NCBI GenBank assembly: GCA_002690655.1
Contig: NZFL01000007.1
Span: 2,003 to 66,002, forward strand
Origin: Pedosphaera sp.
GTDB taxonomy: Bacteria > Verrucomicrobiota > Verrucomicrobiia > Limisphaerales > AAA164-E04
Direction: 5' to 3'
Length of the DNA: 64,000 nucleotides
The position numbers were made by a program, and so were the translations under genes. Of the stretch, positions 1 to 8,371 are shown piece after piece; positions within the stretch are counted from its first letter, which is position 1; each line of letters opens with the position of its first letter. Under the pieces are notes generated by a model. The model searched no databases, was not told the origin of the DNA, and saw only the letters and a program-made list of their open reading frames with translations.

Positions 1-2
1 TG

Positions 3-221
3 AGGATGATCACATCGGGATCCAAATCCAATATTCGATCAACGTCAGCCGATGAATCCTGATCCATCGTGAGCAGTTGGCTTAACCAGGGGGCTTCGAA
101 TTGATTGGAGCGACTGACTCCAATGACCGAGGCTCCCTCCTGATGAAAACGCTTTCCCAGCGCCTGCCCTAGAACACCAGTGATACCGGTGATGACAACT
201 TTTCGATGTTTATTTTTCATA
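3..221 (-). CDS. NAD(P)-binding Rossmann-fold protein (SDR/epimerase-like), 3'-truncated by the window edge
   Basis: This ORF is not in the track because it runs off the edge. A minus-strand ATG at 221-219 gives MKNKHRKVVITGITGVLGQALGKRFHQEGASVIGVSR..., with a TGxxGxxG dinucleotide-binding motif. It overlaps the stop of the upstream same-strand GMC gene by 12 nt. Confidence 0.55.
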
Positions 222-1613
222 TTGCTTGCAAATCCAGTCAGTGACACGCAGGGCATTGGCCATAATGGTTAAGGCCGGTCCGACACCCAGCGAAGTGGGC
301 ATAAAACTTCCATCCAACACAAACATTCGTTCCGTTCCATGGGGCCGGCAATATGGATCCAAAACAGATGTCTTAGAATTCTCACCAAAACACATGGTAC
401 CCACTTGGTGTCCTACATGTGTTTTATTTCGATCTGCCGTTAAGCCGATCGTGCTGAAGGCTCCACCCATTCGCAGGAGTCGTTTCAATGTCCGAACCGC
501 ATCTTTGGATCGTTTCAGATCAAATGAATGAAACCTGTGCTGCAACACCGGATTTCCATTTCGATCAATGGTAATGCGATTGCACGCCTGCGGCATATCC
601 TCAACCGTCGCCATCATGAGGTAGGTCCGGTTCCTGATAAATGAAGGTAGCAATCGAGGCGTGGGTAAGGACTGGATCACACCCCATTTTTCATTATTGC
701 TCTGCGGTGAACCCAAATAAAACTGGTCTGACCCCAGTTGTTTTACAAACATTTCACCCGCCTGCGTTTGATTTAAGAAGCATCCAGCAACGACACCGCC
801 CGCATGGTACATATAGCGACGACCAAGCAATCCGCTCGAGTCTTCCCAGCCTGATCGTAAAAACAAAGCGGGAGATTGCATGGCCCCCAAAGACACGACT
901 AAGATTCGGGCCTTAACAGTTTGTTGTTCGCTGGTTCGCACATTTTGCAAAAGCACATTTTCCCCTTTTTTACTTATCTGAAGAACTTGGAAACCACTCC
1001 ATACCTTTAACTCATGGGAACGAATGGCACGTTCAATCAAGTGCTGAGTTCCCAGGCGTGATCCATTTGGGCAAAGAAATCCCGGGCAATCCGCACAGTC
1101 CAGGCAACTTTTCCTCTGGATGGCCAGTGGCAGTATACCTGAAGCGATACCGTTACACTTCCATGCTCGGTGCAGGTGTTCATTGATAGGAGCCGCTTGA
1201 CCGACAGGTAATTCAGTTTGAGTTTGAAAAGGGGTAATTCCGAACAGGTTTTCAACTTGTTCATAATAGGGCCGCATTTCCCCAAAACTAACCGGCCAAT
1301 CCCATTCGGCTTTGGGCAGGAGATTTGGATAGTGTCGGCCAGGAGTGAAATCAACTTCGTGGGGTCGCATCAATACCGCGCCGTATACTTCAGTGCCACC
1401 GCCCAATCCGTATCCAACCGTGAGCTTTCTGTAGCTTCCATTGACGAGGTAGGATTGCTGATCCAATCCTGAGGACACGGGGCGCGAAGCATTGCCATCA
1501 TTAACGAATGAACCTCTTTCAATTAACAAGACATTCCATCCACGGCTGGCCAGTTGATAAGCCGCGATACCGCCACCAGCTCCACTTCCCAATATGATTG
1601 CATCAAAGTCCAA
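210..1613 (-). CDS. FAD-dependent GMC-family oxidoreductase
   Basis: The 467-aa ORF has an N-terminal FDAIILGSGAGGGIAAYQLASRGWNVLLIERG (GxGxxG FAD fold). Its C-terminal ...VLDGSFMPTSLGVGPALTIMANALR resembles the GMC C-terminal domain. Confidence 0.8.
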   Translation of the reverse strand: MDFDAIILGSGAGGGIAAYQLASRGWNVLLIERGSFVNDGNASRPVSSGLDQQSYLVNGSYRKLTVGYGLGGGTEVYGAVLMRPHEVDFTPGRHYPNLLPKAEWDWPVSFGEMRPYYEQVENLFGITPFQTQTELPVGQAAPINEHLHRAWKCNGIASGILPLAIQRKSCLDCADCPGFLCPNGSRLGTQHLIERAIRSHELKVWSGFQVLQISKKGENVLLQNVRTSEQQTVKARILVVSLGAMQSPALFLRSGWEDSSGLLGRRYMYHAGGVVAGCFLNQTQAGEMFVKQLGSDQFYLGSPQSNNEKWGVIQSLPTPRLLPSFIRNRTYLMMATVEDMPQACNRITIDRNGNPVLQHRFHSFDLKRSKDAVRTLKRLLRMGGAFSTIGLTADRNKTHVGHQVGTMCFGENSKTSVLDPYCRPHGTERMFVLDGSFMPTSLGVGPALTIMANALRVTDWICKQYEK

Positions 1614-1990
1614 TTCAGCGGTGTTAATGCGATTCCATGATCAATTCAATTCTTTTCGGCAATTGTTGGATAATGTCACAAAACCGTAGCAATGAGCGGA
1701 GAATGAATTGCGGAAACGAGTGTTATCAAAATAAAATTCAGGATATCGCATGCAATGACTTCTTTTCAAATTCGTCACATAAAGCACATGTCATTGACAC
1801 AATACCAATGTGTTTTGCATTACTATTTTGCTGAAACTTGCAATGTATCCGTTTGTACCCCGGCCGTAAGCCATGGTTGTTCATGACAAATCTAGGAAGC
1901 CAGCCGTCTCCTCAATTTGTCCGCAGCGAAATTGTTCTAAGTTTCAACATGGTCACACTTTTCAAATAAAATTGTGAGCAAGAATTTTGT

Positions 1991-2188
1991 TTATCCAGCC
2001 CCGAAGGCATGGGTCCAATCCAGTGGTCGCCGTTTGTTGAACGTTATGAACCAAAAGCCTGCCTCCTCGATGCTTTGGTAAGAAGCTCCAAACTCAGCCT
2101 GCAAAAATGCTTGTCCTGCCTGCCCCTCAAAAAGCCAAACTGAAGGAACCCAGCCAGCGTTGAGCCAGATGCATGGGTGAACTACCAT
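1991..2188 (-). CDS. hypothetical small protein (65 aa), possibly a gene remnant
   Basis: An ATG-started ORF sits in an otherwise ORF-poor spacer. I recognise no motif. Confidence 0.2.
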   Translation of the reverse strand: MVVHPCIWLNAGWVPSVWLFEGQAGQAFLQAEFGASYQSIEEAGFWFITFNKRRPLDWTHAFGAG

Positions 2189-2278
2189 ATAATCGGGCAG
2201 CTTTGCTCAGGGAATTCTTTTCACAATTCAAATCTGCTGTTTATCTTTAAAAGAAAAGTAAACTTAGAAGCCATTCTT

Positions 2279-2854
2279 TCAGCGCCAGGCATTCCATGGC
2301 ATTTTTGAGAGCAAGATAGCCATACCGCAGGTGTCAGTGACACCGGAGAAAGTAAGGCCAAGGCCAATAAGACCAGGAATGAGCAGAAAACCATGATGGA
2401 TTTTCCAACTCAGGATCACACCCAAGAAAACAATTAAGCCGGCAGCAATACGGACTTGGCGATCAAGGGAAACTGCTTTTTTACCATAAACCATTGGCAG
2501 GCCAGATTTGCTGGCGGCCAGCGTGCCGCCCTCTATGTTGATCACGTGTTCGTGGCCACAATCAATAAATTGCTTACATGCTTTCATCCCCCGACTGCCA
2601 CTGCGACAAATGATATAGAATGGCTCCGATTTGCGTCCTTTTCGTCCACTTACAACCGCATCGGGGTTGAGTTTATCCAGTGGCATATTCTGCGCGATAT
2701 CCAGATGAAGTTCACGAAATTCGACTGGTGTTCTTACGTCGATAACTTCTATTTGTTCACCTTTGTCTCGAAGGGCTTGTAAATCTGTCGGCGAGATCGT
2801 TTGTTTTTTATTTTTCACTTGGCAATGCCTAATCCTTGGTGTCTTACGAATCAT
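2279..2854 (-). CDS. membrane-anchored rhodanese (YgaP-like: rhodanese domain plus DUF2892-type TM tail)
   Basis: The rhodanese active-site loop is present (FYIICRSGSRGMKACK). The C-terminus has two hydrophobic helices (IAAGLIVFLGVILSW...LLIPGLIGLGLTFSGVTDTCGMA). The start codon is uncertain. Confidence 0.8.
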   Translation of the reverse strand: MIRKTPRIRHCQVKNKKQTISPTDLQALRDKGEQIEVIDVRTPVEFRELHLDIAQNMPLDKLNPDAVVSGRKGRKSEPFYIICRSGSRGMKACKQFIDCGHEHVINIEGGTLAASKSGLPMVYGKKAVSLDRQVRIAAGLIVFLGVILSWKIHHGFLLIPGLIGLGLTFSGVTDTCGMAILLSKMPWNAWR

Positions 2855-2896
2855 TGATTAAATGTTTCAGGGGCTTACACGGTCTGTTCGATTTGT

Positions 2897-2906
2897 CGAT
2901 ATATCG
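2897..2906. promoter_or_regulatory. perfect 10-bp palindrome CGATATATCG, candidate operator upstream of the rhodanese gene
   Basis: It lies 43 nt upstream of the rhodanese ORF start, in the 109-nt gap after the ArsR-family gene. It has the same CGAT-NN-ATCG architecture as the site at 3284-3293. Confidence 0.3.
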
Positions 2907-2963
2907 CTACTCTACGACATTTAATGCAAATTTTAAGATGCTTAGTTATCGGGTTAAGGTAGT

Positions 2964-3272
2964 TTAATATTTTGTTACAAAACGCTCCTCGATACACACC
3001 ATAATTTTGGCCAGATGGGGCTCTATGATGTAGTAGTAAGTTCGCCGGCCCTCTTTATCATTTGAAAGAAAGCCACATCGCTGCATGAAACGTAAATGTT
3101 CTGATGCCATGTTGCTCGGAATACCGCATGCATCTGCAAGCTCTCCGACAGTGTAACACTCCTTTAGCAACATCTGTATTATTCTCAGACGATGTGGATG
3201 CGCCAACGCTTTCAAACACTCGGCAGCTTGCTCAAGTGAATCAAGGCTGGTGAGGTGTGTCGTTTCGTTCAT
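2964..3272 (-). CDS. ArsR/SmtB-family winged-helix transcriptional regulator (YgaV/BigR-like context)
   Basis: The 102-aa ORF contains LKALAHPHRLRIIQMLLKECYTVGELADACGIPSNMASEHLRFMQRCGFL...RRTYYYI, a typical ArsR HTH. It sits directly upstream of a rhodanese gene. Confidence 0.85.
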   Translation of the reverse strand: MNETTHLTSLDSLEQAAECLKALAHPHRLRIIQMLLKECYTVGELADACGIPSNMASEHLRFMQRCGFLSNDKEGRRTYYYIIEPHLAKIMVCIEERFVTKY

Positions 3273-3283
3273 AATTTACTAAT

Positions 3284-3293
3284 CGATACATCG
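3284..3293. promoter_or_regulatory. CGATACATCG near-palindrome, candidate autoregulatory operator
   Basis: It lies 12 nt upstream of the ArsR-family ATG at 3272. A related half-site, TCGATATGTC, is at 3301-3310. Confidence 0.3.
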
Positions 3294-3594
3294 TAAGGTT
3301 TCGATATGTCAATTTTTTTATCAAGGAAGGACTAATAGTTAGCATTATTATGGTTTCCAACACCGTATTTGTCTTTGCTTTATCATTTATTAAGTCAACG
3401 TATTTTGACTCCAAATGGGGCCAAAAATGTAATGTTTAATTATCGAAGGAAGCGCAGATGATGATTTTCAATCGAAACCAATGAATCTGAATGCTTACTT
3501 GAATGCGAAGAAAGGCGTTTTTTGAACTCTGTTTGCAATGCTTGTAAGCTCAATATGTCCCAAACACTTGAACACCTGACTGAAGCAGTCCAAA

Positions 3595-3915
3595 GTGAAT
3601 GGCATGTGTTCGATAAAGGCTATTAAGTGGCTGAGGTATTCTGGAGTCTTGGAGGGGATCTCCAGTCTATTACTGTTTTTCGTGGCGATGCCCTTGAAGT
3701 ATGTTGCAGACAAACCTGAAGCAGTCCGCATCACAGGAACGATTCATGGAATACTTTTTGTCATTTATGTGGTTACCCTCATGCAGGCAGCTCTGGTGTT
3801 GAAACGACCATTGAGCTGGTCAGTAAAAATTTTTATCGCTGCCATCATCCCAATGGGACCCTTTATTATAGAGCCAAGCCTAAAGCGGGAGCAGAAAGAA
3901 TTGCTCAAAGCGTGA
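3595..3915 (+). CDS. DUF3817-family small membrane protein
   Basis: The sequence LRYSGVLEGISSLLLFFVAMPLKYVADKPEAVRITGTIHGILFVIYVV matches the DUF3817 pattern. The ORF starts with GTG, and an alternative ATG is at 3604. Confidence 0.65.
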   Translation: MNGMCSIKAIKWLRYSGVLEGISSLLLFFVAMPLKYVADKPEAVRITGTIHGILFVIYVVTLMQAALVLKRPLSWSVKIFIAAIIPMGPFIIEPSLKREQKELLKA

Positions 3916-4077
3916 AGAGGCTAACTCGCCCCCTCATGGCATCCGGATTGACTGCAGGAAACTCTCGCTTTTTCACCACTTTGCTGCAGCGCAGCAAAGT
4001 GTATCTTCAGTGAACAAAACGTTTTCGGCTTGGTAAAAGCCTTCATGAATTTCAATTGTTCCTTTAAGACAAAAATC

Positions 4078-4797
4078 TCAGCGTCGGGGAGGAGTTCTTC
4101 TGGAATCTCCAGGAAACCATTGAAGGTCCTTTTGAATGAATTCCTGATGCTCAAAGGCAGAGTGGCCATCGACGTAAGTAATAACACTCCCGGGTTTAGA
4201 TCCGCTTCCAGAGCCGTGCCTTGCATGCGATTTCTTGGGAGGATTGACTGTCGATCCAATTGGATGGGGGCCTCCAGCATTGTAAACACGCTCGTGATCC
4301 CAATCCGGAGCAATGAAGTAGGTAGAGCAGCCAAAAAAGAAAATAGCCGTTGGTTCGGTGACTGTCTGGAATTTCGGCATCTTGATCCCCGCAGGACCAG
4401 CAAGTCGCTCGTTAACTCCATATGACAGCATATGCTGTTCCCGGGGACCATTTTCCATCTTAATTGTAAACTGACGCAACTTGGTATGGTTGTAAGGTCC
4501 CTCTTTTTCAGCCGGGTCAGCAAAAACTTTGAGTTCCTGAAAATAACCAGCGCCAATCATGCTCTTGATCCACATGGTGTGATCACTACCAGTGGCTTTG
4601 GGGAAATTCCCATCGAAATCATCACCATACATCATCGTAGCAAGGGCAATTTGTTTTTGATTGTTCATGCACAAGATTTTCCTTGCTGACACTTTGGCTC
4701 CAGCGAGTGCTGGCAATAGCATGGATGCAAGTATTGCGATGATTGCCACAACAACCAAAAGCTCAATCAATGTGAATGCCCTATTCGATTTTTTCAT
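4078..4797 (-). CDS. prepilin-type N-terminal cleavage/methylation domain protein (DUF1559-like pseudopilin paralog)
   Basis: The N-terminus is [35 protein letters not shown]. The C-terminus carries ...[11 protein letters not shown]. Confidence 0.85.
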   Translation of the reverse strand: MKKSNRAFTLIELLVVVAIIAILASMLLPALAGAKVSARKILCMNNQKQIALATMMYGDDFDGNFPKATGSDHTMWIKSMIGAGYFQELKVFADPAEKEGPYNHTKLRQFTIKMENGPREQHMLSYGVNERLAGPAGIKMPKFQTVTEPTAIFFFGCSTYFIAPDWDHERVYNAGGPHPIGSTVNPPKKSHARHGSGSGSKPGSVITYVDGHSAFEHQEFIQKDLQWFPGDSRRTPPRR

Positions 4798-5122
4798 TGT
4801 TACAAATAATAAGATTACGGGTGAATACCCAGAGGTGGAATTTAGCTATATACAATACCAACGGCAGGAAATTGCGAGTTTTTTATCCCTAAAAATTGAT
4901 TGAAGTTCATTGTGATTGCATCTGGATAAACCTGCCGAGGTGAGGACGCTTGATTGGGGAACCATCTGACAGGAGTGCGGTTCGTAAAGCAGGGAGAGAT
5001 ATTATTGGTGAATAGTGCATGGAGCTTTTTGTCGAAAGCCATCGATTGTGCCACTGGATCCAATGGCACAATCGATGGCTTGCAAGAATACGAATCCAAT
5101 GCTTTTATAGAGTAATATTAAC

Positions 5123-6118
5123 ATGTTTCACGGTCCAATTCATACATATCAATGCAGCTTGAATAAAATGATAGCTTCATTGCTCATTTTATTAGCCCAG
5201 TCCATTTCCATCCAATCGCAGACAAACCCAAGCTATGCAGAAAAGCTGGGGTGGGGACCGAAGGATGTCGTAGTGATTCTTCATGTCGATGATGTCGGCA
5301 TGTCTCATTCTTCAAACACTGGAGCGATTCAGGCTGTCGAGCATGGTATTGCCACTTCATGGGCGGTAATGATGCCCTGCGCCTGGGTATCTGAAATCGC
5401 ACATTACTTGAGCGAAAACCCAAGTATCGACAGTGGGCTGCACCTGACTCTGACCTCAGAGTGGAAATCCTATCGCTGGGGGCCCCTGGCTGGTAAATCC
5501 TCAGTGCCTGGGTTGGTGGATAATGAAGGATGCCTTTGGCATAGTGTCCCACAGGTCCTCGCAAAAGCGAGCGCAGATGAGATTGAGCTGGAAATCAGAG
5601 CACAAGTAGATCGCGCGGAAACAATGGGTATGCCTATCACTCATCTGGATAGTCACATGGGTACTTTATTTGCGCATCCAGAATACTTCGAGAGGTATGT
5701 CAAAATCGGTATCGAGAAACAGATCCCCATCCTGGCCCCTGGAGGTCATTTGACTTACGCGACCAAGGAAAATGGAGCTTCTGTTCAGGCACTCAAACCC
5801 TTTATTGATCAAGTTTGGAGCGCGGGACTCCCTGTAATCGACGACCTCCATACCGACAGTTACGGATGGCCTGCAGACAGCAAACCTGAACGTCTTGCTC
5901 AATTGCTCAAGGCCCTGAAACCTGGCATTACCGAAATCCTTTTCCATGCATCGGAACCTTCCGATGTGTTTCCCTTGATCACGGGGTCCAGTGAATCACG
6001 CAAGGGAGATCTGGAAGCTTTGACCAGTGACTTGGTCCGCAAGACCATCAAGGAGGAAAACATCATCCTCACGACCTGGAAGGAACTCATGGATCGCCGA
6101 AAAAAGGTGCAGCCATGA
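5123..6118 (+). CDS. YdjC/ChbG-family carbohydrate deacetylase, probably secreted
   Basis: It contains VVILHVDDVGMSHSSNTGAIQAVEHG and ITHLDSHMGT. A signal-like MIASLLILLAQSISIQS suggests an internal start near 5168. Confidence 0.7.
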   Translation: MFHGPIHTYQCSLNKMIASLLILLAQSISIQSQTNPSYAEKLGWGPKDVVVILHVDDVGMSHSSNTGAIQAVEHGIATSWAVMMPCAWVSEIAHYLSENPSIDSGLHLTLTSEWKSYRWGPLAGKSSVPGLVDNEGCLWHSVPQVLAKASADEIELEIRAQVDRAETMGMPITHLDSHMGTLFAHPEYFERYVKIGIEKQIPILAPGGHLTYATKENGASVQALKPFIDQVWSAGLPVIDDLHTDSYGWPADSKPERLAQLLKALKPGITEILFHASEPSDVFPLITGSSESRKGDLEALTSDLVRKTIKEENIILTTWKELMDRRKKVQP

Positions 6119-6795
6119 GTCGGCTCATCTTGATTACAGGTGTTTCAAAAGGCCTTGGCCGCGCCATGGCAATGGGGTTTGCAAAAGAAGGACACACCGT
6201 GGTCGGATGCGGAAGAGATTCGACGGCTTTATCCGCATTAGGTGAGGCACTCGCCCCCCCCCATGATTTTCAGGCTGTCGATATTTCCATCAACGGTGCT
6301 GTGTCAGATTGGATCGAGCATGTGCTTGCCCAACATGGAACACCCGATCTCGTCTTGAACAATGCAGCGATCATCAATGCCAATGCACCTCTGTGGGAGG
6401 TTAGCGCGTCAGAGTTTGATCGTGTCATTGATATCAATATCAAGGGAGTCCAAAACGTCATCCGACATGTAATTCCCCCAATGATAGAGCGAGGGTCTGG
6501 AATCATCGTGAATTTCAGCTCGGGATGGGGACGTTCAACCAGTCCGGATGTGGCTCCTTACTGCGCAACCAAATGGGCCATGGAAGGCCTCACAAAAGCG
6601 CTTGCTCAGGAACTACCGCAAGGGATGGCTGCCATCCCCTTAAACCCCGGAGTCATCAATACAGACATGCTTCAGAGCTGCTTCAGTTCGATGGCCTCCC
6701 AATATCAGGACACCGAAGCTTGGGCCAGAAAAGCGGTGCCATTTATACTGAAACTCAGCCCAGCAGACAATGGTCAGTCATTGAGTGTGCCCTGA
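6115..6795 (+). CDS. short-chain dehydrogenase/reductase (SDR)
   Basis: It contains LILITGVSKGLGRAM (TGxxxGxG) and YCATKWAMEG (YxxxK). An ATGA start/stop overlap links it to the YdjC-like gene. Confidence 0.85.
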   Translation: MSRLILITGVSKGLGRAMAMGFAKEGHTVVGCGRDSTALSALGEALAPPHDFQAVDISINGAVSDWIEHVLAQHGTPDLVLNNAAIINANAPLWEVSASEFDRVIDINIKGVQNVIRHVIPPMIERGSGIIVNFSSGWGRSTSPDVAPYCATKWAMEGLTKALAQELPQGMAAIPLNPGVINTDMLQSCFSSMASQYQDTEAWARKAVPFILKLSPADNGQSLSVP

Positions 6796-6991
6796 CGATT
6801 CATGAGAGCCCCGAGAAACTCTGACCTTTTTCTCCAGGGAGAGGCAGAATTGAACGCATCGGACTTGAGTTCGGTGTTGAGTCGAATTGCGCGTGAACCT
6901 CAGAGCCTGACTGCCGTGAGGGAGAACCTGAATACGCAGTGGAAACCAGCTCAAACATATCTCAATCAGACGGAGAACATGGTAATTATCG

Positions 6992-7828
6992 CTACGGCAC
7001 AGACAACAGAGAGAATGATTCTTTCTGGACTCGCTGCTCAATGGCTTCTTGTTCGAGAAGAAGAATCTTACCGGGTTCAAAAGCCAGAGCTCGGAATTTG
7101 TGTTGGATACAGTTCTCAATGGTTTGCAATCCGATGCATGGAATATCGAAACGCATGTCATGGTCCAATTTCGCTACTTTGACACCGATGGCTTCGCCTT
7201 TTTTACCTGCTAATTGACCGCCGCGACTCAGGCAAGCATCCGTGCCCTCAAATCCTTCTACAGCCAACACCGTTCCATTTTTAACGACCACACTCTGGCC
7301 TATATCCAGCCGGGAAACTTCTTTGGCAAGTTTGAATCCATATGCAACATCATCAAGCTGCTTGGCCTTCAATGGGCTCCCCATCAGGAATCCTTCTCCA
7401 GGCATGATGTCCTGAATCCAGGGCACAGCTTCAATCAGATCGATTCCATCCTTTTTAAGTTCATCGCCAATACCACCGAAAATAGTGTGTGCATTCTTTT
7501 CCTTGAGCCGGAATAACAAGGCAGCCGCTCGTAAATCAGGCTTGATATCAAATAAATTTTTAGGAGCAATCCGTCCGGCCATGATGCATTGCCCAACACC
7601 ATGCGATTTGAAGTAACGAATCATCTTGGACAGCTGCCCCACCCTGAGCCAGACAAGCTCATCCACCATGCCCTCCAAGGATGAATCAGTTTCTCCTTCA
7701 AAGGCAACGACAATCAATTTCTGCACCCCCGCTGAACGAAGCAAACGGACCATCTCCAAGGGCAAAGACAAGCCCCCAGCAATGAGCCCGAGTGTCGGAG
7801 GAACAGGTGGAATCAATGCTTGTGTCAA
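6992..7828 (-). CDS. lpxI: UDP-2,3-diacylglucosamine pyrophosphatase LpxI (DUF1009)
   Basis: It contains LGLIAGGLSLPLEM... and ...RLDIGQSVVVKNGTVLAVEGFEGTDACLSRGG...FDIPCIGLQTIE, which matches the LpxI signature I recall from Caulobacter LpxI. Confidence 0.75.
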   Translation of the reverse strand: MTQALIPPVPPTLGLIAGGLSLPLEMVRLLRSAGVQKLIVVAFEGETDSSLEGMVDELVWLRVGQLSKMIRYFKSHGVGQCIMAGRIAPKNLFDIKPDLRAAALLFRLKEKNAHTIFGGIGDELKKDGIDLIEAVPWIQDIMPGEGFLMGSPLKAKQLDDVAYGFKLAKEVSRLDIGQSVVVKNGTVLAVEGFEGTDACLSRGGQLAGKKGEAIGVKVAKLDHDMRFDIPCIGLQTIENCIQHKFRALAFEPGKILLLEQEAIEQRVQKESFSLLSVP

Positions 7829-7831
7829 AAT

Positions 7832-8317
7832 TCAATCCACTGTGACTGTGGGTTCGGTTTTCGATGCAACGGTCAGCTGCTTGTCGAGCATGGACCTGAG
7901 CCCCTTGATGGTGGTAGATCCGGTGTAGCGCATGACTTCTTCGCCTTGGTTAAAAACAATAAAGGTTGGAATAGCGGAGATGTCATATTTGTTGGAAATA
8001 TCGGGATTTTTGTCCACGTCGACTTTGGCAACAATCGCACGGTCTTTGTATTCATCAGCCAATTGCGAGACAGCAGGAGCCATCTGTAAACAAGGCCCAC
8101 ACCAGGTGGCCCAGAAATCCACCAGAACGGGCTTGTCAGCCCCTAAAACAGATCCAGCGAAATTGACATCAGTGACAACTTGAATGGCATCGGAGTGATT
8201 GGCCCCGTCATCCGCGACATATGGATTTCCAGACCCACAACCGTAGCCAAAAAACGTCAAGGCAGTGAGCAACACAAACGAAGACACCTTGATCCACTTG
8301 TTTTTCAATACATTCAT
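7832..8317 (-). CDS. thioredoxin, lipoprotein- or signal-anchored (periplasmic)
   Basis: The WCGPC active site is present (VLVDFWATWCGPCLQMAP). The N-terminus has a signal with a lipobox-like LTFFGYGCGS. Confidence 0.85.
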   Translation of the reverse strand: MNVLKNKWIKVSSFVLLTALTFFGYGCGSGNPYVADDGANHSDAIQVVTDVNFAGSVLGADKPVLVDFWATWCGPCLQMAPAVSQLADEYKDRAIVAKVDVDKNPDISNKYDISAIPTFIVFNQGEEVMRYTGSTTIKGLRSMLDKQLTVASKTEPTVTVD

Positions 8318-8371
8318 AAAAGGTCATTCAGACAGAAACATGTTACCAGGCCATGATAATCAGTGAGCGAT

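Noticed and set aside
1637-1834. A 65-aa plus-strand ORF lies in the spacer upstream of the GMC oxidoreductase operon.
   Set aside because: The region is AT-rich and promoter-like. The translation is Cys/Asn-rich with no motif, so it is likely non-coding.
3921-4556. A 211-aa minus-strand ORF overlaps the 3' half of the prepilin-like gene 4078-4797 in another frame.
   Set aside because: It is a same-strand out-of-frame overlap with a gene that has clear family motifs. The translation shows no recognisable features, so it is probably spurious.
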